Origin: a virus
Lineage: Duplodnaviria > Heunggongvirae > Uroviricota > Caudoviricetes
Length of the DNA stretch: 9,612 bases
IMG/VR virus record: IMGVR_UViG_2636416140_000002
Reading direction: 5' to 3' (one strand)
In this document: positions 1 to 6,542 of the stretch, in pieces
How positions within the stretch are numbered: position 1 is the first letter of the stretch
How the letters are laid out: each line of letters starts with the position of its first letter
Notes under the pieces: model-generated
Told to the model about the DNA's origin: nothing
The model's database searches: none
Seen by the model: the letters and a program-made list of their open reading frames with translations, nothing else
Program-made: the position numbers and the translations under genes

Positions 1-533
1 GAAAAACCAGAGATAAGACAGCGCCAAAATATAAAGCGTTAGACATGACAGAGCTTTCCCTAAAGGTGGCAATCAGAACGATAGACCGACACGTAGGGGA
101 AGGATACGCGAAGGAACATCCCGACCTGATAAGCGCATTCATGACCACAGCAGCGGCAAACTTTGCCACGCTGACAGAACGGGAGATTGCCGAAGCGGAA
201 CAGGTAACAACCATCAACGTTAAAACCGGAGAGGTGGAATCATGAGCGAACCAAAATTTGGTGAAAAACTTTACAAGCACAACGGACGGATCACGATTCA
301 GCAAATAAGCGCAGCTACACCAGGCTGGTGGGTTGAAACAGACGAAGGATCATCAACCGTGGCATCATGGGCGCTTTGTGTGCTTAGTTACCCTGACCGC
401 GATGTGTATCAGGATATTCTGCCTGTGATATCCACTGACAAAGGCATGAAACCCGTAGACATCAAAAACATGGGTTTTCAGTGCGTAATGCTCACTGAAA
501 AAATGATGGAAGAGATGAAAAAGAATAACGCCG
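1..533 (+). repeat. Direct repeat copy 1, apparently identical to 716-1248; truncated by the window start
   Basis: Read directly: 1-533 matches 716-1248 base for base (offset 715). Identity ends at 533/534 in copy 1 and 1248/1249 in copy 2. The repeat may extend upstream of the window. Confidence 0.9.
45..245 (+). CDS. Hypothetical small protein (66 aa from ATG 45), copy 1; frame is open to the window start, so the true start may lie upstream
   Basis: ORF with decent codon usage; its stop overlaps the next ORF's start (ATGA at 242-245), suggesting translational coupling. Identical second copy at 760-960. No recognisable family. Confidence 0.5.
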   Translation: MTELSLKVAIRTIDRHVGEGYAKEHPDLISAFMTTAAANFATLTEREIAEAEQVTTINVKTGEVES

Positions 534-712
534 TGGGGAATTTAACAAAATTGAAACATAATTACCCACTTTCCCACCTGTATATACCCAAAAAAGTGGG
601 GAGTAAAAAATATATTGAAAAACATCACGTTAGAATCACCAAAAAAAGAGGTGGGGAGACGGTGGGTAATTTCAAAAAGTGGGGAGCAAAAGTGGGGAGT
701 AGTGGGGAATGA
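242..712 (+). CDS. Hypothetical protein, duplicated copy 1; first 97 codons identical to 957-1262, then reads through into the iteron region (probable chimeric C-terminus created by the duplication junction)
   Basis: ORF track 156 aa. C-terminal part is encoded by GTGGGGA repeats and A-tracts (VG/KK-rich translation), which looks non-native. Copy 2 ends 3 codons after the divergence point. Confidence 0.4.
   Translation: MSEPKFGEKLYKHNGRITIQQISAATPGWWVETDEGSSTVASWALCVLSYPDRDVYQDILPVISTDKGMKPVDIKNMGFQCVMLTEKMMEEMKKNNAVGNLTKLKHNYPLSHLYIPKKVGSKKYIEKHHVRITKKRGGETVGNFKKWGAKVGSSGE
533..711. repeat. Iteron-like array: at least 7 direct (A)GTGGGGA(G) repeats plus inverted half-sites (CCCACTTT, CCCACC), separated by A-tracts and an AT-rich core; putative replication origin
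   Basis: Direct GTGGGGA copies at about 533-539, 595-603, 651-658, 679-687, 691-699, 701-708 and variant GTGGGT at 662-667; inverted copies at 565-578; AT-rich stretch 541-650. Confidence 0.6.
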
Positions 713-960
713 ACAGAAAAACCAGAGATAAGACAGCGCCAAAATATAAAGCGTTAGACATGACAGAGCTTTCCCTAAAGGTGGCAATCAGAACGATAGA
801 CCGACACGTAGGGGAAGGATACGCGAAGGAACATCCCGACCTGATAAGCGCATTCATGACCACAGCAGCGGCAAACTTTGCCACGCTGACAGAACGGGAG
901 ATTGCCGAAGCGGAACAGGTAACAACCATCAACGTTAAAACCGGAGAGGTGGAATCATGA
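709..960 (+). CDS. Hypothetical small protein, copy 2 (83 aa from ATG 709; 66 aa if the start is ATG 760)
   Basis: Identical to the 45-245 ORF over the shared part. ATG 709 lies inside the last iteron with GGGGAG about 9 nt upstream; ATG 760 has no obvious SD. Stop overlaps the next start (ATGA). Confidence 0.5.
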   Translation: MNRKTRDKTAPKYKALDMTELSLKVAIRTIDRHVGEGYAKEHPDLISAFMTTAAANFATLTEREIAEAEQVTTINVKTGEVES

Positions 961-1248
961 GCGAACCAAAATTTGGTGAAAAACTTTACAAGCACAACGG
1001 ACGGATCACGATTCAGCAAATAAGCGCAGCTACACCAGGCTGGTGGGTTGAAACAGACGAAGGATCATCAACCGTGGCATCATGGGCGCTTTGTGTGCTT
1101 AGTTACCCTGACCGCGATGTGTATCAGGATATTCTGCCTGTGATATCCACTGACAAAGGCATGAAACCCGTAGACATCAAAAACATGGGTTTTCAGTGCG
1201 TAATGCTCACTGAAAAAATGATGGAAGAGATGAAAAAGAATAACGCCG
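716..1248 (+). repeat. Direct repeat copy 2 (identical to 1-533)
   Basis: See copy 1. The 715-bp period equals the 533-bp block plus the 182-bp iteron region, consistent with a tandem duplication of an iteron-plus-gene unit. Confidence 0.9.
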
Positions 1249-1262
1249 GATCGCTTCACTGA
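957..1262 (+). CDS. Hypothetical protein (101 aa), copy 2, probably the intact ancestral version
   Basis: ORF translationally coupled to the upstream small ORF; stop at 1260-1262 overlaps the SD of the downstream SSB gene. No recognisable domain by eye. Confidence 0.55.
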   Translation: MSEPKFGEKLYKHNGRITIQQISAATPGWWVETDEGSSTVASWALCVLSYPDRDVYQDILPVISTDKGMKPVDIKNMGFQCVMLTEKMMEEMKKNNAGSLH

Positions 1263-1271
1263 GGTGGCAAT

Positions 1272-1682
1272 ATGACAGCACAAATTGCAGCTTACGGGCG
1301 GCTGGTGGCTGACCCGCAGTTAAAGACCACCAGCAAGGGTACACAAATGACGATGGCGAGTATGGCGGCCCCCCTTCCGTGCAGCCAGGCAGATGACGGA
1401 ACGGCGACGATGTGGTTATCCGTCCTGGCATTTGGCAGACAGGCCGAATCACTGGCAAGGCACCGCAAGGGTGAACTCCTGACCGTGGCGGGTAACATGC
1501 AGATCAGCCAGTGGACCGGACAGAACGGGGAAACGCGGCAGGGTTATCAGGTTATTGCAGACAGCGTAATCAGTGCCCGTGCGGCACGTCCTGGCGGGAA
1601 CAGACGCAAAACCACAGGCACACAGGGTAATCAGCCACCAGCGGGAGACGATGACCCCTACGGTGATGATATTCCGTTCTGA
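1272..1682 (+). CDS. ssb: Single-stranded DNA-binding protein (SSB, OB-fold) of mobile-element type
   Basis: SD GAGGTGG at 1261-1267. OB-fold-like core (WLSVLAFGRQAESLARHRKGELLTVAGNMQISQWTGQNGETRQGYQVIADSV), Gly/Gln/Pro-rich linker and canonical acidic C-terminal tip DDDPYGDDIPF (compare E. coli SSB ending DDDIPF). Confidence 0.88.
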   Translation: MTAQIAAYGRLVADPQLKTTSKGTQMTMASMAAPLPCSQADDGTATMWLSVLAFGRQAESLARHRKGELLTVAGNMQISQWTGQNGETRQGYQVIADSVISARAARPGGNRRKTTGTQGNQPPAGDDDPYGDDIPF

Positions 1683-1694
1683 GGGGTGGGGACG

Positions 1695-1967
1695 ATGGTA
1701 CATGACCGCATAGCGGAAGAACTGGAGGCGAAAGGCTTTTACCGGAGAGCGTCGGCGCGATGGGGTGAAGTCATGCAACTGGTGGAGACAGACAAGGAAC
1801 GGCATCACATCACGATGCGACGGCTGGAATGTTCCAGGAAGGCACAGAGGCCACCGGAGCCGCCGGATAATTACGGAGACCTGAAAAAGGCGGTCGATCG
1901 CACTTATGCCGAAATGGGTATGGATGGTGCTGGTGATGAAATATGGCGAAATTACCAGGACAGATAA
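1695..1967 (+). CDS. Small putative transcriptional regulator, possibly PerC-like (ORF track start GTG 1686; ATG 1695 preferred)
   Basis: N-terminus MVHDRIAEELEAKGFYRRASARWGEVM resembles, from memory, PerC-family small activators; not verified by search. GAGG upstream of ATG 1695. Followed by a strong terminator. Confidence 0.5.
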   Translation: MVHDRIAEELEAKGFYRRASARWGEVMQLVETDKERHHITMRRLECSRKAQRPPEPPDNYGDLKKAVDRTYAEMGMDGAGDEIWRNYQDR

Positions 1968-1973
1968 TCACAC

Positions 1974-1998
1974 AGCCGGAGCAATCCGGCTTTTTGTC
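1974..1998 (+). terminator. Rho-independent terminator
   Basis: Stem AGCCGGA (1974-1980), loop GCAA, stem TCCGGCT (1985-1991), followed by a T-run (TTTTTGT). Confidence 0.75.
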
Positions 1999-2013
1999 AT
2001 GTTTTGTAAATTA

Positions 2014-2040
2014 TTTGTTCGTGGTTGTTCCACGTTGTTC
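2014..2040 (+). promoter_or_regulatory. Three TTGTTC hexamers at exact 10-bp phase (2015, 2025, 2035) upstream of the capsid operon; candidate regulator binding site or promoter element
   Basis: Read directly. The 15-mer TTGTTCCACGTTGTT (2025-2039) recurs exactly at 9392-9406. A possible weak -10 (TATTTT, 2057-2062) lies 16 bp downstream of the last hexamer. Confidence 0.45.
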
Positions 2041-2115
2041 GCTGACCGGATCGGCATATTTTACCCGACCTGAATCATGATTATTCTCGCCCGTGGTGCC
2101 AGGACGCTGGGGCCA

Positions 2116-2165
2116 TTTTCCCGCCTGTTAATGTGCTCGCCAATATTCATTACCAGGCGGGAAAA
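2116..2165 (+). promoter_or_regulatory. Perfect 12-bp inverted repeat TTTTCCCGCCTG / CAGGCGGGAAAA with 26-nt spacer in the capsid operon leader
   Basis: Arms at 2116-2127 and 2154-2165 are exact reverse complements. A 36-codon uORF (2077-2187) without SD spans both arms. Confidence 0.4.
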
Positions 2166-2255
2166 CGATCGGTGCGATTACTGATTTCCTTATGAAAAAC
2201 GGTTGAGTGTTTGCCGCGTCCTGGAGTTCCTTACTTAACCCCAGGACTTTTTTTT

Positions 2256-3413
2256 ATGCCGAGAATAATCGAATTACGCCAGCAGAAAACCGCCATTAAA
2301 AATCAGATGCGCGACATGCTGGAGAACGCGGAAAAAGAAAACCGCAGCCTTAACGATGCAGAGGGCGCAAAATTTGACGAATTACGCGCTAAAGCTGAAT
2401 CCCTCGATAAAGACATTTCCCGCCTTGAAGCCATTGCAGACGAAGAGCGCAGCAAGCCAGGTAAAAGCAGTCAGACCACTGACCCCGCAGAACTCCGCAA
2501 CTACATTCTGACAGGTGAAACCCGCGCATTAAGTACAGGCGTTCCCGCTGATGGTGGTTATACCGTTATCCCTGAACTGAACACCGAAATCATGCGAATG
2601 CTGGCGGATGAATCCACCATGCGCCGCATCTGTACCGTGAAGAAAATCAGCAGCAACGAGTTTAAGCAGCTTGTTTCCGCTGGCGGTGCGACCGTTAACC
2701 ACGGTGAAGAGGGTAAGGCACGCGAACAGACCAGCACCCCGCAGATTAACGAGGTGAGCATCAAGCTGTATCCGGTCTATGCGTACCCGCGCACCACACA
2801 GGAAATCGTGGATTTTTCCGATGTGGACATCCTTTCATGGCTGACGGGTGAGATTGGCGACACCTTCACGGAAACCGAAGAAAGCGATCTGGTTGTGGGC
2901 GACGGTGACAAAAAAGCAAAAGGTTTTTTATCCGTACCCCGTGCAGAGAAGAACGACAAAGAGCGTGATTTTGGTACGTTGCAGGTAATTAAACCTTCCG
3001 AATCTCTGGCGTGGACATCTGCGGACCCGCTGATCGACCTGAAATTTGCATTACGTAAAAAATACCGCAAAAACGCGGTCTGGGTGGTTAACTCCACGAC
3101 GGCGGCAAAACTTCAGAAGGTGAAGAACGCGAACGGTGATTATATCTGGCGCGACCGTTTACAGGCGGGTGATCCTGATACGTTGCTGGGCCTTCCGGTC
3201 GAATATCTGGAGTTTATGCCTGATAACGTTATTGCCCTGGGTGACTTCAAACGCGGTTACTACATTGTTGATCACGAAACAGGTGTTCGCACCAGACCGG
3301 ACAACCTGACAGAACCAGGATTCATCAAAATTTTCACGCAAAAATATTTAGGCGGTGGCGTGGTGGATTCGAACGCGATCAAGATTCTGGAACTGCCGGA
3401 AGACGACGATTAA
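2256..3413 (+). CDS. Phage major capsid protein, HK97 family, with N-terminal scaffolding (delta) domain
   Basis: 385 aa from ATG 2256 (ORF track starts at TTG 2211). Coiled-coil-like N-terminus (ELRQQKTAIKNQMRDMLENAEKENRSLNDAE...) followed by an HK97-fold-like body; AGGA 10 nt upstream of ATG. Confidence 0.92.
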   Translation: MPRIIELRQQKTAIKNQMRDMLENAEKENRSLNDAEGAKFDELRAKAESLDKDISRLEAIADEERSKPGKSSQTTDPAELRNYILTGETRALSTGVPADGGYTVIPELNTEIMRMLADESTMRRICTVKKISSNEFKQLVSAGGATVNHGEEGKAREQTSTPQINEVSIKLYPVYAYPRTTQEIVDFSDVDILSWLTGEIGDTFTETEESDLVVGDGDKKAKGFLSVPRAEKNDKERDFGTLQVIKPSESLAWTSADPLIDLKFALRKKYRKNAVWVVNSTTAAKLQKVKNANGDYIWRDRLQAGDPDTLLGLPVEYLEFMPDNVIALGDFKRGYYIVDHETGVRTRPDNLTEPGFIKIFTQKYLGGGVVDSNAIKILELPEDDD

Positions 3414-3423
3414 CAGCATACAG

Positions 3424-3452
3424 AAGGGGCTTAAAAGCCCCTTTAGTGTTTT
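3424..3452 (+). terminator. Hairpin immediately after the capsid gene (partial terminator or mRNA-stabilising stem-loop)
   Basis: AAGGGGC (3424-3430), loop TTAAAA, GCCCCTT (3437-3443), then TAGTGTTTT. The U-tract is interrupted, so read-through into the protease gene is likely. Confidence 0.5.
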
Positions 3453-4025
3453 ATGGGTGAAAAAATTATGAAGAGTATGGAAATCCGGTCATCGGAAATC
3501 ACCACCAGCGCCAGCAACACGCTTACAGGCTACGTTGTTCGCTGGGATAACCTTTCAGAGCTGCTATGGGGGGAGTTTTACGAAAAATTCCAGCGGGGAG
3601 CGTTTACTGAATGGCTTGCGGCGGGTAATGACGTTCGCGGCCTGTATGAGCATGACCACAGCATGTTACTGGGGCGCACCCGTTCCGGCACGCTGAAACT
3701 GGAAGAGGACGAAACAGGGTTACGCTTTGAACTGACCCCACCGGATACCAGTACAGGGCGCGACGTTATCGAACTGGTTAAGCGTGGGGACATCTCGGGG
3801 ATGAGCTTTGGCTTTCGCTCCCGTAAGGATGTATGGGATACCACAACAGATCCATGCGTGCGCACCGTGCTGGTGGCGGAACTGTACGAAATTACCGTTA
3901 CATCGGTACCGGCTTACCCCGATTCCGGCGTGGAGCTGGCCCGCCGTTCCCTGTATGAGCAGCACCCCGAAAAAATGCCGCGTGCGGATAATCGCCGCTG
4001 GTGGGCGGATTTAGCGGGGGTGTGA
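3453..4025 (+). CDS. Phage prohead (maturation) protease, HK97 family
   Basis: Motifs typical of HK97-type prohead proteases (GYVVRW..., EHDHSMLLGRTRSGTL, GMSFGF). Alternative starts at ATG 3468 and 3477; none has a clear SD. Confidence 0.9.
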   Translation: MGEKIMKSMEIRSSEITTSASNTLTGYVVRWDNLSELLWGEFYEKFQRGAFTEWLAAGNDVRGLYEHDHSMLLGRTRSGTLKLEEDETGLRFELTPPDTSTGRDVIELVKRGDISGMSFGFRSRKDVWDTTTDPCVRTVLVAELYEITVTSVPAYPDSGVELARRSLYEQHPEKMPRADNRRWWADLAGV

Positions 4026-4026
4026 T

Positions 4027-5238
4027 ATGTGGCCTTTCAGAAGAAAAAAAGAGCAGCGCAGCATGACGCTTGATGAGTTTATGGCGCTGGCTGGCACATC
4101 GAACACGGGGGCGGGTGAGTACGTATCATCGGGGACAGCGGAATCACTGCCCGCCGTCATGAACGCCGTCACGGTCATCTCTGAGGCGGTGGCTACCATG
4201 CCGTGTTACCTGTACCTGGTACGCAATGAGAAGGGGAAGGAGGCCCGAGAGTGGCTTGATTCTCATCCGGTCGATCACATCCTCAACGAGCGCCCGAACG
4301 CGTGGCAGACTCCCTACCAGTTTAAGCGAATGATGATCCGCCACTGCCTGTTAAACGGTAATGCTTATGCGGTGATTCAGTGGGGGCGTGATGGTTTTCC
4401 GGTGGCTTTACATCCTTACCCGCCGCAGTCGGTGAACGTGGAGCAGACAGGCGAACACAACTGGCGCTACTGCATCACTGACGCCTACACCGGAAACACC
4501 CGCAACTATTTACCGTGGGAGGTTCTCCACCTTCGTTACTCCACGGATGACGGTTTTATGGGGCGCTCACCTGTAACCATCTGCCGCGAATCGCTGGGGC
4601 TTGGGCTGGCCCAACAACGCCACGGCGCGAGCGTGATGCGTGATGGCATGATGGCGGCAGGGGTTATCACGTCAGGCGAATGGCTGGACGGCGTGAAGGG
4701 CAAACAGGCATTAGCCGCACTGGAACGCTACAAAGGGGCCAGAAACGCCGGAAAAACGCCCATCCTTGAAGGGGGTATGAGCTATCAGCAGCTGGGCATG
4801 AGTAATCAGGATGCTGAATGGCTGGCCTCCCGTCGCTTCACCATTGAAGACATCGCCCGAATGTTCAACGTCTCGCCGATTTTTTTGCAGGAATACAGCA
4901 ACAGCACCTACAGCAATTTCAGCGAGGCAAGCCGCGCATTTCTCACCATGACGATGCGCCCGTGGCTGGCGAACTTTGAGCAGCAGATAAAAAACGCCCT
5001 GCTGGTGGCCTCGCCTGTACCTGGTATCCGGTATCAGGTGGAGTTTGACAGCGCGGACCTGTTACGGGCCACACCAGGCGAACGCTTTGCCACCTATGAA
5101 CGCGGCATCAAATCCGGCGTTATGTGCCCGAACGAAGCCCGCGAACGTGAAGGGCTGTCCCCGCGTGATGGTGGTGATGAGTTCAGCCAGGCATGGAAAC
5201 AGGAAGTAAAAATCAGCGAGGGAGAAAAACCGGAATGA
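4027..5238 (+). CDS. Phage portal protein, HK97 family
   Basis: 403 aa. Start is 1 nt after the protease stop, with a GGGGG SD. Central and C-terminal regions look like HK97-type portals; acidic C-terminal tail. Alternative start ATG 4063. Confidence 0.92.
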   Translation: MWPFRRKKEQRSMTLDEFMALAGTSNTGAGEYVSSGTAESLPAVMNAVTVISEAVATMPCYLYLVRNEKGKEAREWLDSHPVDHILNERPNAWQTPYQFKRMMIRHCLLNGNAYAVIQWGRDGFPVALHPYPPQSVNVEQTGEHNWRYCITDAYTGNTRNYLPWEVLHLRYSTDDGFMGRSPVTICRESLGLGLAQQRHGASVMRDGMMAAGVITSGEWLDGVKGKQALAALERYKGARNAGKTPILEGGMSYQQLGMSNQDAEWLASRRFTIEDIARMFNVSPIFLQEYSNSTYSNFSEASRAFLTMTMRPWLANFEQQIKNALLVASPVPGIRYQVEFDSADLLRATPGERFATYERGIKSGVMCPNEAREREGLSPRDGGDEFSQAWKQEVKISEGEKPE

Positions 5239-5573
5239 ACATAGGGCGACTGCGTGACAGGGTAACGATTCAGACCCTGAAACAGACCAGGGATATAACC
5301 GGCGAAATACTCGAAACGTGGGAGGACGGTCACACACTCTGGGCAAGCGTGAACATGATCAGCAGCAAGGAGGCCATTTCATCGGGTGCAGAGCTGGCGA
5401 TTGGTACCGTAAGGATCTGGATACGGTACCGGAAGGACATCAACGCCACCAGCCGGATAAAGGTCAGTACGGGGCCGCTGGCGGGGCGTGTACTGAATAT
5501 CATCGGGCAGCCGCTGCCGGATGCCGCCAGGACACGCCTTGAAATTCTTTGTCGTGAGGGCGCGGAAAAATGA
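5235..5573 (+). CDS. Head-tail adaptor / head-closure protein (head-tail joining family)
   Basis: ATG 5235 overlaps the portal stop (ATGA). 112 aa with a pattern typical of phage head-tail joining proteins (RDRVTIQ..., ...WASV..., ...RIWIRYR...). ORF track's longer start at 5193 is less likely. Confidence 0.75.
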   Translation: MNIGRLRDRVTIQTLKQTRDITGEILETWEDGHTLWASVNMISSKEAISSGAELAIGTVRIWIRYRKDINATSRIKVSTGPLAGRVLNIIGQPLPDAARTRLEILCREGAEK

Positions 5574-5866
5574 CAGAAGAACTTATCACCCTGGAAGAAG
5601 TGAAACTCCATTGCCGCATCGATGGCGACGAGGAAGACCAGTTAATCAGCGGATACATTGCCGCATCGCTTGAGGCGTGCCAGATACATATAGGCAGGCG
5701 CTTTGATGACGGGCTGGAGTTCACGCCAGCCATAAAGATTGGCTGCATGATGTTTATCGCTCACCTGTACGAGAATCGCCAGCTGGTAGCGGATAACGCA
5801 AAAACGCGCGTACCCATGACGATTGGCGCGCTCTGGACGGCTTACCGTGATGTGGGGGTGTACTGA
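5570..5866 (+). CDS. gp6-like head-tail connector protein
   Basis: ATGA overlap with the upstream gene. N-terminus ITLEEVKLHCRIDGDEEDQLISGYIAASLEACQ is characteristic of gp6-like connector / DNA-packaging proteins. Confidence 0.82.
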   Translation: MTEELITLEEVKLHCRIDGDEEDQLISGYIAASLEACQIHIGRRFDDGLEFTPAIKIGCMMFIAHLYENRQLVADNAKTRVPMTIGALWTAYRDVGVY

Positions 5867-6306
5867 TGCCGTGGCAACCATTAAGACGATGCACAGAACC
5901 AGGCTGTAACAGGCGCGTGAAGTCCGGCAAGTGTGAGGAGCACAGGCGGGCGGCATGGCGTGCAGAGGATGCCAGACGAGGACACCGCCGCGCGCGTGGG
6001 TACTCCAGACAGTGGGACAAATACCGCGCCATGTATCTGAGTAAAAACCCGTTATGCGTGCGATGCCTTGAGAAGGGGATATATACGCCCGCCGTGGTGG
6101 TGGATCACATTATCCCGATTAATGGCGGTGATGATGTTCTCTTCTGGCCCGAATGGAACCATCAACCATTGTGCCAGGCGTGTCATAACCAGAAAACGAA
6201 ATGGCTTGATCCGGCAACAAAAAGCAAGCGTGCCGCAGGTGGATTTCATGAAGAGGAAGAACGGGCCGCTAACCGCAATAACTGGATGTATGACGCTGAT
6301 GAATGA
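5866..6306 (+). CDS. HNH endonuclease (packaging-associated, adjacent to terminase)
   Basis: Cys-rich N-terminus (C..PGC...GKCEEH) and HNH core (VVDHIIPINGGDD...NHQPLCQACHNQKT). TGATG overlap with the connector gene. Position just upstream of terS is typical of cos-type HK97-like systems. Confidence 0.9.
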   Translation: MPWQPLRRCTEPGCNRRVKSGKCEEHRRAAWRAEDARRGHRRARGYSRQWDKYRAMYLSKNPLCVRCLEKGIYTPAVVVDHIIPINGGDDVLFWPEWNHQPLCQACHNQKTKWLDPATKSKRAAGGFHEEEERAANRNNWMYDADE

Positions 6307-6472
6307 GCGGGAACAAAACCGCCTTATCCGTGGACTGATAAGGCAGCGTGACGCATGGAAGACACAGGAAACAGGGCATAAAGATAAAGCGTCAGGACGC
6401 GCAGAACGCATCACAGCGAAGCGATTAACCGACCGTGGCCGCGAGGTTATGGAATGTTTCCGCAATCGCTGA
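6299..6472 (+). CDS. Hypothetical small ORF (57 aa) in the HNH-terS interval; may instead be a displaced fragment of the terS 5' region
   Basis: ATG 6299 overlaps the HNH 3' end; weak SD. Sequence ...SGRAERITAKRLTDRGRE loosely resembles Arg/Lys-rich N-termini of small terminases. Low confidence. Confidence 0.3.
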   Translation: MNEREQNRLIRGLIRQRDAWKTQETGHKDKASGRAERITAKRLTDRGREVMECFRNR

Positions 6473-6542
6473 TGAGGCTGTATGACGGGGTGGGGGGCGT
6501 TTTCAGGACAAACCCGACCCCGCCTACCTGGATGACATCGCC

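Noticed and set aside
533-715. CRISPR array as an explanation for the GTGGGGA repeats
   Set aside because: Repeats are only 7-9 bp with irregular 1-40 bp spacing and mixed orientation, unlike CRISPR repeats of 24-48 bp with uniform spacers; no cas genes in the window.
542-1019. Minus-strand ORFs 542-787 and 672-1019 across the iteron region
   Set aside because: Translations are dominated by repeat-encoded PHF/PTT motifs from the reverse complement of the GTGGGGA iterons; they overlap the duplicated + strand ORFs and have no SD.
1207-1808. Minus-strand ORFs 1207-1458, 1292-1498 and 1449-1808 opposite ssb and the regulator gene
   Set aside because: Antisense to the well-supported ssb gene (canonical acidic tail); shadow ORFs.
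2211-2255. N-terminal extension of the capsid gene from TTG 2211
   Set aside because: The extension (PRPGVPYLTPGLFF) is unlike capsid N-termini and has no SD; ATG 2256 has an AGGA at suitable spacing and begins the typical coiled-coil scaffold-like sequence.
5193-5234. Longer start (ATG 5193) for the head-tail adaptor gene
   Set aside because: Would overlap the portal gene by 46 nt and add an unconserved N-terminal extension; ATG 5235 gives the classic ATGA stop-start coupling and a family-typical N-terminus.
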